Notes: generated by a model from the sequence alone, not told the origin. A stretch of DNA of 18,515 nucleotides from Methanobacterium sp. (GCA_003166335.1 PMWA01000077.1:1-18515); one strand, 5' to 3'. Counted from the first letter of the stretch, positions 1 to 9,149 are shown. Numbers and translations: made by a program.

Positions 1-465
1 CATGAATTCCAAAGGATAGAATTAGTGTGGCTGGGAACTCCAGCGCAGGTGGAGGAAATTCGTGACGCTACTCTTCATATATCTCAGGATATGGCTGATG
101 AAATGGAGTTGGAATGGTACACTGAAGTGGGTGATGATCCTTTCTATTTGGAGGGTCGTAAGACCGAGGAACGTGGTATTGAGTTTCCGGATATTCCCAA
201 GTATGAAATGCGATTGGTTGCCCCTACTCAGGATAAAGGAGTGGCTGTTATATCTGCTAATATTCATGGAACTCACTTTATCGAGGGTTTCTCTATAAAA
301 GAAGCTCATAATCATCGCATATGGACGGGTTGCACTGGTGTTGGCATTTCCCGGTGGATATTCGGATTTTTGGCTCAGAAAGGTTTCAATAATGATAATT
401 GGCCAGAAAAAGTTCTTGACCGGGTTAAAATGGTTAAAGCACCTAAAGTTTTGACTTGGCCTTAA
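1..465 (+). CDS. serS: Seryl-tRNA synthetase, methanogen-type (Zn-dependent), C-terminal part; 5' end lies outside the window
   Basis: The frame is open from base 1 ([12 protein letters not shown]...) to TAA at 463-465. It has the class II aaRS motif-2 end [16 protein letters not shown] and motif 3 [12 protein letters not shown] typical of methanogen-type SerRS. Confidence 0.9.
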   Translation, partial: HEFQRIELVWLGTPAQVEEIRDATLHISQDMADEMELEWYTEVGDDPFYLEGRKTEERGIEFPDIPKYEMRLVAPTQDKGVAVISANIHGTHFIEGFSIKEAHNHRIWTGCTGVGISRWIFGFLAQKGFNNDNWPEKVLDRVKMVKAPKVLTWP

Positions 466-469
466 AAAA

Positions 470-485
470 TTTTTTTTTTTTTTTT
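470..485 (+). terminator. Oligo-T tract, probable archaeal terminator of serS
   Basis: A run of 16 T starts 5 nt after the serS stop codon. Confidence 0.65.
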
Positions 486-545
486 AGATTAAATATTTTG
501 ATGTTAAAGCAAAAATAAAGTATAGAATTAAATTTGAGTAAAAAA

Positions 546-698
546 ATGATTAATTTTAAAGATTATTTTGTAGGTTTCGGATTTCTCTTGTTGCTTATTT
601 TATATATAGTGCAAAGAATACGAATTCGCTCTAAGCGAAAAAAAGAAATTACTGAGAGAAAAAATAAAAGGAAAAAACAAAGGAAGAAAAGAAAATAA
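546..698 (+). CDS. Putative 50-aa small membrane protein with one TM helix and a polybasic C-terminal tail
   Basis: Manual translation from ATG546 to TAA698 gives MINFKDYFVGFGFLLLLILYIVQRIRIRSKRKKEITERKNKRKKQRKKRK. It is below the ORF-track cutoff and fills the serS-FKBP gap. There is no strong Shine-Dalgarno site. Confidence 0.5.
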   Translation: MINFKDYFVGFGFLLLLILYIVQRIRIRSKRKKEITERKNKRKKQRKKRK

Positions 699-766
699 AT
701 TATTTCATCATTTAAAGTGTTTTAAAGGTATAATTAATTTTTTATTAATATAAAATTCTTTTTTAT

Positions 767-1612
767 TTATTCTTCCTCTTCATCTTCAATACGCTCCTCT
801 AATACTTCTTCAACTGCTATTTCTGAGGTTTCTTCCGGTGATTCTTTTATCAATTCTTCAGTTACTTCCTCAGATGCAGGTTTAACTACTTTTTCTGCCT
901 CCTCATTCACTTTTTTCTCAAAGACATCTACAAATTCCACTTTATCTACGTTATCCATGTTCTCCCAAATATCCCGTGCTATACGGAAACGAGCGAATGT
1001 GATATCCATGTAAGGTTTTTTATCGAATTTAGTCATTTCATCCATGTATATAACAACTTTTTCATCTTCAATTTGGACTATATGTTTGGTGGAGTCAATG
1101 TTGGGGTTAGGATAGTGTAAATCAATCATGCTTCTAATCTTCTCTACATCATCCTCTATTATTTTCTGGACTTTAATCTGATACTGTAGAGTTTTACCCG
1201 CAAGTTCATGGTTAAAATCTACTCTAACTCTACCCCCACTAATACTCCTTATTTTACCAGTTGAACCTTCAGAGGTGATACTCATCCCTACTTGGGGTTT
1301 TATGCTTTGTTTACGGAATTCTGACATGGGTATGAGTTGTATTAATTTAGGGTCTCGTTCACCGAATCCTTCCGATGGCGGAATTTCGATTTCTTTCTTA
1401 TCCCCTTCATCCATATCAATGAGAGAGTCTTCAATACCTTTAAGTACATGCCCCGCGCCGACTATTATGGGAATTGGTCCGTAAATCTTATTTTCTAGTT
1501 GTATACCTTCTTCTTCCGCCACCTTTTCAATAGTTGTATCAAAAACTTCGTCGGTTTCCTGAACCCTTCCAGTATATTCTAATCTTAAAAAATCTCCTTT
1601 TTTCACTGACAA
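767..1612 (-). CDS. Long-type archaeal FKBP peptidyl-prolyl cis-trans isomerase (SlyD-like) with acidic tail
   Basis: Motifs [12 protein letters not shown]...[28 protein letters not shown] and [15 protein letters not shown] start at 1612 with GGAGG upstream; overlaps the upstream gene's stop by 10 nt. Confidence 0.93.
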   Translation of the reverse strand: MSVKKGDFLRLEYTGRVQETDEVFDTTIEKVAEEEGIQLENKIYGPIPIIVGAGHVLKGIEDSLIDMDEGDKKEIEIPPSEGFGERDPKLIQLIPMSEFRKQSIKPQVGMSITSEGSTGKIRSISGGRVRVDFNHELAGKTLQYQIKVQKIIEDDVEKIRSMIDLHYPNPNIDSTKHIVQIEDEKVVIYMDEMTKFDKKPYMDITFARFRIARDIWENMDNVDKVEFVDVFEKKVNEEAEKVVKPASEEVTEELIKESPEETSEIAVEEVLEERIEDEEEE

Positions 1613-2742
1613 ATCTCTAGCCTCCTGTGTGGTATTCTCTTTTTAAATTCTTTTAGAACTTCATTATTCTTATAGTTTAAGATACGTATTACTGATGGAT
1701 AATTTTCAATATATTTATGTATAGTATCCTTAAAAATCCCTGCCTCCATAGAAGATAGAATTCTCTGCTTGTAATGACGACTAAATCCCTGAGTAATCAA
1801 ATTTTGGATTTCATCCAAATTTTTAAAGGGTCTATTCAATAGTAATGCATTCACAGTCTTATTATCAATCAAAGCTAACCTTTCAATATCTTCCATAGAA
1901 TCTTCATTCACTCTACTTAATATAGTCTTTGAATCTCTTATATTATTTAATGGTGCCCTTAAATGATTTATTTCTCTGTTTAATATTTTTATCGATTCCA
2001 GTGGTAGCATATCCTCTACCATTTTTAAATTAGAGTTAAGTATTGCCTCCCGTATCTTCGTACCACTTACGCCTTCAACTCTTTTTATAAAAAGAAATTT
2101 ATTTTTAAAGTCAAATTTAATCTTTTTAAGAGATTTTGAAAGAGAGACTATTACATAATTATCTTCATCAAGTTTCCCATCGAATAGAATTTCTTTACTT
2201 TCTAAATCAACAATTTTATAGGGTTTTGGAACCACTGCAAATCCCTGGTTTATCCGTTTTAGTATCTTATCAAATTCTTTAAATGGTTTATATCCTCGGG
2301 GAATGTAATCAGCATCTATTGATTTGAACATTTTCGCGAGACATAAGGAGTACTGGCCAGATCCCATTATACCCATGGGAGGTCCTTCAACCACAATATC
2401 CGCTCCAACAAGGATTGCTGCATCGGCGCGGGCTTTTCTAGTCATTACGTAAGGTAAACCTCTTCCGCTACGCTCAAAAGGCCCCGGAACAATTGCGGTG
2501 AAAATTCCATCAGAAATTTGCTTTTTAGCTTCCATCATACAATGGAGATGACCATTATGGAGGGGTGAATACTCTGTGAAGTCTGCTATTATCTTTACAT
2601 CATTTCTCACCTCTCCAAATAGAGGTTTCTTCTCCACATCTCCCAGTATAAGTTCTTTATCTCTTTTAAGGATACTCCCAATAAATTCTTCTCTATAGAT
2701 CATGATGCATATCTCAATATAATTGTTTAAAATAGGATTCAT
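1603..2742 (-). CDS. HIGH-motif nucleotidyltransferase, TmcAL/YlbM-like family (start may be ATG at 2703)
   Basis: EYSPLHNGH (HIGH-like), GRGLPYVM...[17 protein letters not shown] and SGTKIRE resemble the TmcAL-family motifs EYNPFHNGH, RGEP...GADLVVELP and SATxIR. Confidence 0.8.
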   Translation of the reverse strand: MNPILNNYIEICIMIYREEFIGSILKRDKELILGDVEKKPLFGEVRNDVKIIADFTEYSPLHNGHLHCMMEAKKQISDGIFTAIVPGPFERSGRGLPYVMTRKARADAAILVGADIVVEGPPMGIMGSGQYSLCLAKMFKSIDADYIPRGYKPFKEFDKILKRINQGFAVVPKPYKIVDLESKEILFDGKLDEDNYVIVSLSKSLKKIKFDFKNKFLFIKRVEGVSGTKIREAILNSNLKMVEDMLPLESIKILNREINHLRAPLNNIRDSKTILSRVNEDSMEDIERLALIDNKTVNALLLNRPFKNLDEIQNLITQGFSRHYKQRILSSMEAGIFKDTIHKYIENYPSVIRILNYKNNEVLKEFKKRIPHRRLEICQ

Positions 2743-3012
2743 CTATTTTTAAGATGATAGTTAAATAAATCAAGTATAATATCATTATCTTTTTTAATTT
2801 TTTATTTTTTTGAGTCTGTTTTAGATGAAAATTTAAGAATTAAATAGAACTTTTTATAATTAGTTTTTCATTCTTAAACTAAAAAAAAGTTATTGAAATT
2901 TATAAATCCATTTCATTTATTTTAGTAGATTTTTTAACACTCAAAAATTAACAATAAAATAATAATATGAAAAATGATTTTGGATAATTATTTAAAACTG
3001 AAGGTTATAAAA

Positions 3013-4299
3013 ATGGATTTCTGGCTTAAAGATTGTAAAATCGTACCGGAAAATATAGAAGTTTCTATAAAGATTGAAAATGGTAAAATCATTTCCCTTA
3101 AAAAAATAGCCCCTCGTAGAGCGGAGATTATCAATATGAAGGGTTCAGTAATTTTACCTGGTTTAATCGATTCTCATGTTCATCTCAGAGATCCAGGATT
3201 GACTTATAAAGAGGATTTCCGGAGTGGGACCCGTGCAGCGGCAATTGGAGGATTCACCACCATAATTGACATGCCTAACACAATACCCCCCACTAACACT
3301 CCTCATGCTTTCTTAGAAAAGCTTAAAATAGCCGGTAAAAAAAGTTTAATTGATTTTGGTTTTCATGCGGGTTTGGGCAAATTAGCAGACATAAATAAAA
3401 TTAATAAGTTCAAACCTGCTTCTTTTAAAATTTATATGGACCTCATTGATACAAACTTTTTAGACGAAATTTTCAGTGTATTATCAAAAATGAGTGATAT
3501 TAAACCTCTTATATCATTACATTGTGAAGATAAAGATATTGTAACTAATAATACTAATAAAGAGCGGGAAAAAAAGAAGATTAAACCTGAATTTTATGCA
3601 AATGCCAGACCACCGCTGGCAGAAACTACTGCAGTATCAAATGCTCTTTCATTGGCTCAAAAATATGGTTTAACTATTCATATTTGTCATGTTAGTGTCA
3701 AAGAATCTGTTGAACTTATAAACAACGCTAAAAAATCGAATATTAAAGTAACATCGGAAATAACTCCCCATCACCTTCTTTTAAACCTAAATTATCTAAA
3801 AAAATGTGGTAATTTCGCAAAAACCAATCCACCACTGCGGGATAATGAAAATAAAATAGAATTAAGTTATTTATCAAATATAGATATTATAGGAACTGAC
3901 CATGCACCTCATACCATAACTGAAAAGGAAAAAAACATGTGGGATGCCCCTCCAGGGATTCCAAATTTAGAAACTACATTACCACTCCTTTTAACTGAGA
4001 TAAACAGACATAATATCAATTTTGCAGATTTAAAGAGGTTAATATGCGAAAATCCATCTAAAATTTTCCATCTTGAGAATAAAGGTTTTATAAAAGAGGG
4101 TATGGATGCGGACATTGTAATGGTGGATATGAAAAAAGAAGGGATTATAAACCCTGATGATTTCAAATCAAAGGCAAAATTTTCACCTTTTAAAGGATTT
4201 AAAGTTAGAGGGATGCCAATTATGACTATGGTGCGGGGAGAGGTGGTTATGGAAGAAGGAGATGTTTTTAAGAATAAAGGAAAGTTTGTTTATTCATAA
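3013..4299 (+). CDS. pyrC: Dihydroorotase (amidohydrolase superfamily)
   Basis: Motifs PGLIDSHVHLRDPG, GGFTTIIDMPNT, FKIYM, HCE, HICHVS, EITPHHL, KTNPPLR and GTDHAPH. ATG3013 (MDFWLKDCKIV) follows an AAGGT SD-like site; the ORF is open from 2974. Confidence 0.88.
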   Translation: MDFWLKDCKIVPENIEVSIKIENGKIISLKKIAPRRAEIINMKGSVILPGLIDSHVHLRDPGLTYKEDFRSGTRAAAIGGFTTIIDMPNTIPPTNTPHAFLEKLKIAGKKSLIDFGFHAGLGKLADINKINKFKPASFKIYMDLIDTNFLDEIFSVLSKMSDIKPLISLHCEDKDIVTNNTNKEREKKKIKPEFYANARPPLAETTAVSNALSLAQKYGLTIHICHVSVKESVELINNAKKSNIKVTSEITPHHLLLNLNYLKKCGNFAKTNPPLRDNENKIELSYLSNIDIIGTDHAPHTITEKEKNMWDAPPGIPNLETTLPLLLTEINRHNINFADLKRLICENPSKIFHLENKGFIKEGMDADIVMVDMKKEGIINPDDFKSKAKFSPFKGFKVRGMPIMTMVRGEVVMEEGDVFKNKGKFVYS

Positions 4300-4328
4300 C
4301 TAATACTATATAAAAATATGAATTGAAA

Positions 4329-4359
4329 TATTCAGATAAAATTACTGAATACATGTATT
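4329..4359. promoter_or_regulatory. Candidate operator upstream of the cooT-like gene
   Basis: TATTCAG-N9-CTGAATA (4329-4351) overlaps the perfect palindrome AATACATGTATT (4348-4359). Confidence 0.3.
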
Positions 4360-4403
4360 GATATTTAAATCCGATAAAAAATTTTTGAAATAGGTGATAA
4401 TAG

Positions 4404-4586
4404 ATGTGTGAATCAACCGTTTACAGTATGGATGGGGTTAAAATAATGGAAGATGTTATCTCTATAAAGATTAATGATGACATAATTGATTTAGCGGATA
4501 TTTTAAATCAGAAAAAACAGTTAAATGGTAATATAGTTGAAATTGATCTGGATAAACACAGTATTTATGTAGATCTCAAAAATTAA
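4404..4586 (+). CDS. CooT-family small nickel-binding protein
   Basis: 60 aa with the N-terminal MCESTVY signature (Cys2), IMEDV and C-terminal EIDLDKH; strong SD AGGTGA upstream. Confidence 0.8.
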   Translation: MCESTVYSMDGVKIMEDVISIKINDDIIDLADILNQKKQLNGNIVEIDLDKHSIYVDLKN

Positions 4587-4612
4587 TATCAAATTTAAAA
4601 TTAGTATTTAAT

Positions 4613-4661
4613 AAAAAAAATAGATTTTGGTGGGGAAAAAAATAATCCACCTCAAAAAAAA
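4613..4661. terminator. Probable terminator between the convergent cooT and mvhB genes
   Basis: Imperfect inverted repeat GGTGG(4629-4633)...CCACC(4647-4651), flanked by A8 tracts that read as T8 on the mvh strand. Confidence 0.5.
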
Positions 4662-4671
4662 TTGGAAATTT

Positions 4672-5913
4672 TTATTTTAGTGAAAATGCTTCTTCAGGGC
4701 AAGCTGTTATACACTGATCGCAGAGTATGCAGAAACCTTTAAGAGGTACTTTTTCGCCAGGTTCGAGTTTCAGCATTTCATATGGACATACTTCTATACA
4801 GTCTCCGCACTCATTACAGAGTGAAGGATTGAACTGTACCCTTTTTCTTGTTACCACTTCACCATTTATTACTTTGTTAACATCCACTAGGCTTAATGCT
4901 CCTTCGGGGCAGACGGTTGTGCAAGCACCGCATCTGGTGCACATGGCTAAGTAAGGTTCTTCAGTGGTTTCTTTGTCACCAGGTACCTCCATTCCGGTTT
5001 TGGTTACTACTCTTATAGCTTCGGTTGGACAAATCCTAGCGCATGCTCCAATGTTTTCACATTTTCCTTCATCGAAGACTAATCCAACATCAGATGCGGG
5101 TTTAGCAAGTCCTAACTCCACATCCCATTCGATTGCATCTACAGGACACATTTTTGCGCATAATCCACAATAAGTGCAGACTTCTGGAAGTTCCACTGTA
5201 AGTTTAGATGTTTTCTCCTCAATAAAATCTCCAGGACATGCTTCTACACATATATTACATCCTATACATGTATCTTCATCTACTTCGAATTTAGTCACTT
5301 CTCTGGAGCGTTTTTGTGGTTTTTTACCTGATATATAGACTGCATTCCATGGGCAGGTTTGTGAGCAAATTCCACAGTAGATGCATTTTTCTTCATCTAT
5401 TTCAATGGTTCCACCAGGTTCTGAAAGTGTAATGGCTTCTACAGGACATTCTTCTACACACAATCCACATCCAACACAGTCTGAAATATATATAGGTCCT
5501 GTTATTTCTTCTTCTATTTTCGCGGGTTCTTTAACACCCTCGATTCCTATGACGTCCACTGGACAGATATCTACGCATCGTTGGCACATTACACAGTAAC
5601 CCTCTAGCGGAATTTTTTTCATTTCGCCTTTATCCAGCTTCATGATCTGGGGTGGGCAAATTTCTACACATTCTCCGCATTCATCACATAATGAAGGGTT
5701 AAATACAATACGGGTCTCAGTCTTACCATCCTCACCAATAACTATTTCACCGGTTTTGAGAGCGCCTTTAGGGCAGACTTGCACACATTTAGGCTCGCCT
5801 GCACACATATCACAGTAGATTACATCTTCTGGTGATACAGCTATGGCTGCGGTAGGACAGATTCCCTGGCATGCGCCACATCTGATGCAGTCTTCTTTGT
5901 TGACTACTATCAT
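4672..5913 (-). CDS. mvhB: Polyferredoxin MvhB (12 ferredoxin-type cluster motifs)
   Basis: Twelve CxxCxxCxxxCP-type motifs (one with an insertion, one with Cys->Ile); last gene of mvhDGAB. Confidence 0.95.
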   Translation of the reverse strand: MIVVNKEDCIRCGACQGICPTAAIAVSPEDVIYCDMCAGEPKCVQVCPKGALKTGEIVIGEDGKTETRIVFNPSLCDECGECVEICPPQIMKLDKGEMKKIPLEGYCVMCQRCVDICPVDVIGIEGVKEPAKIEEEITGPIYISDCVGCGLCVEECPVEAITLSEPGGTIEIDEEKCIYCGICSQTCPWNAVYISGKKPQKRSREVTKFEVDEDTCIGCNICVEACPGDFIEEKTSKLTVELPEVCTYCGLCAKMCPVDAIEWDVELGLAKPASDVGLVFDEGKCENIGACARICPTEAIRVVTKTGMEVPGDKETTEEPYLAMCTRCGACTTVCPEGALSLVDVNKVINGEVVTRKRVQFNPSLCNECGDCIEVCPYEMLKLEPGEKVPLKGFCILCDQCITACPEEAFSLK

Positions 5914-5934
5914 TTTTTTATCACCTTTTACGGT

Positions 5935-7353
5935 TTAGAATTTATTGATTAAATTTCCTTCACTATCGAATACTTCTAGGGTAGCTAATCTCATCTGGCT
6001 GTCTATAGTGTGAGTTGCGCAGGATAGACATGGATCATATGATCTGATTACCATTTCCATTAGGTTGAAAATGCTGTCATCCACTTCTACACCTGGTTTT
6101 ATGTAGTCTTTTGCAACTTTCTGGATACCCATCTCCATAGCTGGGTTGTTTTGGATGGTTGCAACTACAATGTTAGCTTTAGTGATTTGTCCATTATCAT
6201 CACAGGCGTAATGGTGAACTAAAGTTCCTCGTGGCGCTTCTACTATTCCTACACCTTCACCGGCCTGTCTTTCTAATGGTTCTGGGAATTTAGGACCTGA
6301 TAAGTCATCTTCTAAAGCATCAGCAGCTAATTCTGTGGCTGCTATCAGTTCTATTAGTCTAGCCCAGTGGAATAATAGGGTTTGTTGAGCGTATCCGAAA
6401 GTGTCTTTGAACTCTTTGAAGTAATCCTGGGCCTGTGGCGCAGCATCTGGCATTTTATCAGCCACATTAATCCTAGATAATGGTGCTACTCTATAGATAC
6501 CTTCAGGGTAACCTAAATCTTTAATGTATGGGAATTTTAGCCATGAATATGGTTTAACATGCTCTGCTATATTATCTAAATAGTTTGCTGATTTGAAATC
6601 TCGGAAAAAGTTACCTTCCTCATCTTTTATTCTCACATCACCATCGTAGACATCCCATACACCATCCTTTGTAAGAGCAGTGTGTTTGGTTACTATGTTA
6701 CCTAATGAGTTTACTAAGTCAATATTTTCCTCGAATATTGGTTTAGCTGTCTCTAAAGTTGCTACTGCTAGTTCAACATTCCTTTGAGCTTTTTTAAGGA
6801 GGTCTTTTTGGGTTTCATCATCTAGTTCTGTAGTTATTCCACCAGGAGTCGATGATGTGGGGTGTATGGATCTTCCACCAATGGCTTTAACTATATCTAA
6901 ACCGTTTTTTCTGAGTTCTATAGCTTGTAAAGCTAATTCTGGTGCGTCTTTTATGATCTGGAATACGTTTCTAGTTTTTCTGTCTTTTCCTGCTATGAAG
7001 TCAGGTGCTGCTAAGAAGTAAAAGTGTAGTGCGTGAGAGTGGGTGTAAGATCCCCAATTCATAATCTCCCTCATACGGTAAGCAGTGGGGAGAATATCTG
7101 TTGATTCAAATCCAAAAATAGAATCAACGGCCTTAGCAGCGGCAAAGTGATGTTGCACATCGCATATACCACAAATTCTAGGAACAATTCTTGGTACTTC
7201 TTCAATGTTTCTTCTTTGTAGGAATTTTTCAAATCCTCGGAACTCCATAACATGAAGTTTAGTGTCCTGTACATTACCTGCATCATCTAGTTCTACTGTG
7301 ATTTTTGCGTGACCTTCAATTCTAGTTACTGGTTCCATTGTTAATCTAACCAT
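5935..7353 (-). CDS. mvhA: F420-non-reducing [NiFe]-hydrogenase large subunit
   Basis: Motifs [10 protein letters not shown]1 [17 protein letters not shown] and L2 DPCLSCATH, followed by a 24-aa maturation extension. Cys form, not Sec. Confidence 0.97.
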   Translation of the reverse strand: MVRLTMEPVTRIEGHAKITVELDDAGNVQDTKLHVMEFRGFEKFLQRRNIEEVPRIVPRICGICDVQHHFAAAKAVDSIFGFESTDILPTAYRMREIMNWGSYTHSHALHFYFLAAPDFIAGKDRKTRNVFQIIKDAPELALQAIELRKNGLDIVKAIGGRSIHPTSSTPGGITTELDDETQKDLLKKAQRNVELAVATLETAKPIFEENIDLVNSLGNIVTKHTALTKDGVWDVYDGDVRIKDEEGNFFRDFKSANYLDNIAEHVKPYSWLKFPYIKDLGYPEGIYRVAPLSRINVADKMPDAAPQAQDYFKEFKDTFGYAQQTLLFHWARLIELIAATELAADALEDDLSGPKFPEPLERQAGEGVGIVEAPRGTLVHHYACDDNGQITKANIVVATIQNNPAMEMGIQKVAKDYIKPGVEVDDSIFNLMEMVIRSYDPCLSCATHTIDSQMRLATLEVFDSEGNLINKF

Positions 7354-8283
7354 CTATTTTCCCTCCTTTTTCACTTTCATAGGTACTAATGCAGATGCGA
7401 ATGTGAATTGGTAGAATGTACCCACCATATCATCTACTTCATTTGCTACTTCTTCTGGATCTACGGTTTTATCCCTTTCCACTCCGAAGTCAGATCCAAT
7501 AGCAGAAATCATTTTAGCACCTTGATCCATGACATTTGGAGTTGGTCCGTAGCATCCTCTACATTGAACTGCTATAGTGGGACATTCTGCTCCGCAAATG
7601 GAAGTAGTGGATGGTCCCATACAGATCAATCCTTGCGGTACCAGGCACATTTCTGGTTCTGGTACTCCTAATTCGAATTGTCTTATGATTTTATCCATAG
7701 CCATTCCTTCTGGAGGTTTTTCTCGTGGACATACTTCACATAAATTAGTTTTTGGTAAAGTTATCTCTTTACCTGTTAGCAAGTTTACAATTGCTTCTGC
7801 AACTACATCAGATTTACATGGACATCCTGGTATGGAGAGATCCACATCTATAGCTTCTGCTAATGGTCTTACCCTGCTTTCTAGGTGTGGTATCTGTTCA
7901 TGTGGTATTACGCCTTCGGGGTTTGGTGTACTTGGTGAGTTAATGTAAGCTTCCTCTATGAGCTCTTCCGGTGTGTGGAGGTTTCCAACTCCCTGCGGTC
8001 CGCCGTAACATGCACATACACCGTAAGCGATGACTATTTTGGCTTTTTTCCGGAGCATTTCCGCTAATTCACGGTTTTCATCGTTCCGGATGCCTCCTTC
8101 TATAATTATAGCATCTAAATCATCTGGGACTTCATCATATTTTACGTCCATTAATACTGGGCTGAATTCGAAGTCTGCCAATCCCATTACGTCTATGATT
8201 TTTTCGTGTATATCTGCAATGGATAGGTGACAGCCTGAACATCCGCTCAGCCACATGGTTGCGATTTTAGCTTTTTCTGCCAT
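7354..8283 (-). CDS. mvhG: F420-non-reducing [NiFe]-hydrogenase small subunit
   Basis: Motifs WLSGCSGC, EGGIRN, GVCACYGG, PGCP, LCEVCPR, CLVPQGLICMGP and CRGCYGP. The stop codon abuts the mvhA ATG. Confidence 0.96.
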   Translation of the reverse strand: MAEKAKIATMWLSGCSGCHLSIADIHEKIIDVMGLADFEFSPVLMDVKYDEVPDDLDAIIIEGGIRNDENRELAEMLRKKAKIVIAYGVCACYGGPQGVGNLHTPEELIEEAYINSPSTPNPEGVIPHEQIPHLESRVRPLAEAIDVDLSIPGCPCKSDVVAEAIVNLLTGKEITLPKTNLCEVCPREKPPEGMAMDKIIRQFELGVPEPEMCLVPQGLICMGPSTTSICGAECPTIAVQCRGCYGPTPNVMDQGAKMISAIGSDFGVERDKTVDPEEVANEVDDMVGTFYQFTFASALVPMKVKKEGK

Positions 8284-8296
8284 TTATTTACACCTC

Positions 8297-8725
8297 TTAT
8301 GCTTCAACTGCTAGCTGTTCTTTGAGTGGGGATGGTCCAAGAGCTCTGATACGATTTACCATCATGGTTACTGTATCTGCAAATTTCTCTCCTTCAGATG
8401 CAGATATCCAGTCATGGTGTATTCTTTCTCTTCCGATTCCCAATTCATCTGCCAGTTTGTAAATTAATCTCATTCTTCTGTCTAATTTGTAGTTTCCAGC
8501 GTCGTAGTGACAGTCACCATGATGACATCCAGCTACGAGAACACCGTCTGCTCCTTCTCGGAATGCTTTAAAAATAAATTGTGGTTCAATACGTCCCGAG
8601 CACATTACCCTTATTACTCGGACGTTTGGAGGATATTGCATCCTTGCGGTACCAGCAGTGTCAGCTCCACCATAAGAGCACCAGTTACAACAAAACATAA
8701 CAAGTCTTATATCATCCTCAGCCAT
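8297..8725 (-). CDS. mvhD: Hydrogenase/heterodisulfide reductase [2Fe-2S] adaptor subunit
   Basis: Motifs [28 protein letters not shown] and ISASEG; SD AAGGAGG upstream. Confidence 0.97.
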   Translation of the reverse strand: MAEDDIRLVMFCCNWCSYGGADTAGTARMQYPPNVRVIRVMCSGRIEPQFIFKAFREGADGVLVAGCHHGDCHYDAGNYKLDRRMRLIYKLADELGIGRERIHHDWISASEGEKFADTVTMMVNRIRALGPSPLKEQLAVEA

Positions 8726-8770
8726 AGAGTTTCCTCCTTAATTGTCGATTTTTTTTTATAACTAATTTTA

Positions 8771-8838
8771 AATGTACCTTAAATTTGTACATTAATATAT
8801 GGATATAAAAATAGTTATTATAAAGGTTACTTATAATA
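8771..8838 (-). promoter_or_regulatory. mvhDGAB promoter region with a palindromic candidate operator
   Basis: Minus-strand TATA-like boxes TTTATAT (8803-8809) and TTTATAAT (about 8817-8824); inverted repeat AATGTAC-N9-GTACATT at 8771-8793. Confidence 0.45.
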
Positions 8839-9076
8839 CAAATTCGAAAAGCTTATATATTTGAATATGATTGTTTTAATTTTTAATACTCAAAATAAAA
8901 GATTAAGAATGCTTCATATGATTTAATAAACATTTAAACTTTCATAAATCCCTGAAAATTTAATATTTATAATCAAAATGAAAGTAATAAATTTTAAGAA
9001 AATTTTGATTGTACATAAAAAAATCCATTCAAATTAACTTTGTTAATTAAGAAGAATTATTAAATAAAACAAACTA

Positions 9077-9090
9077 CAAAGATTATATAA
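9077..9090 (+). promoter_or_regulatory. BRE/TATA promoter candidate for sufCB
   Basis: CAAAGATTATATAA fits a purine-rich BRE followed by a TTATATA box; predicted TSS is near 9110-9115. Confidence 0.5.
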
Positions 9091-9149
9091 TTTAACATTA
9101 TAAAGTAAAGGAAATGATTTTATTAATTAAAAATTTGGTGGTGGTTGAA

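Noticed and set aside
22..315. Alternative-frame and antisense ORFs over serS (22..315 -, 62..298 +)
   Set aside because: They overlap a well-supported gene and have no recognisable motifs.
625..639. Hairpin TTCGCT-CTA-AGCGAA, which also fits a TTCG-N7-CGAA operator-like pattern
   Set aside because: The stem is short, it lies inside the putative 50-aa ORF, and it is not next to any promoter; probably chance.
2743..3012. AT-rich divergent intergenic region considered as an origin, sRNA or small ORF
   Set aside because: There are no ORB-like repeats, no GC-rich structure and no credible ORF; it is an ordinary promoter region.
4672..5913. Recurrent GGACA/GGGCA/ACATCC-like DNA motifs that could suggest a repeat array
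   Set aside because: They are explained by the repeated CxxCxxCxxxCP codons of the polyferredoxin; there is no constant repeat-spacer structure, so not CRISPR.
5935..8725. Possible selenocysteine recoding in the Mvh subunits
   Set aside because: All ligand positions are Cys codons, there is no in-frame TGA, and no SECIS-like element was seen.
4727..8761. Multiple + strand ORFs antisense to the mvh genes
   Set aside because: Shadow ORFs caused by codon bias in highly expressed genes; they lack SD sites and protein motifs.
8867..8926. 19-codon ORF (MIVLIFNTQNKRLRMLHMI) in the mvhD-sufC gap
   Set aside because: Too short, no SD, and expected by chance in AT-rich DNA.
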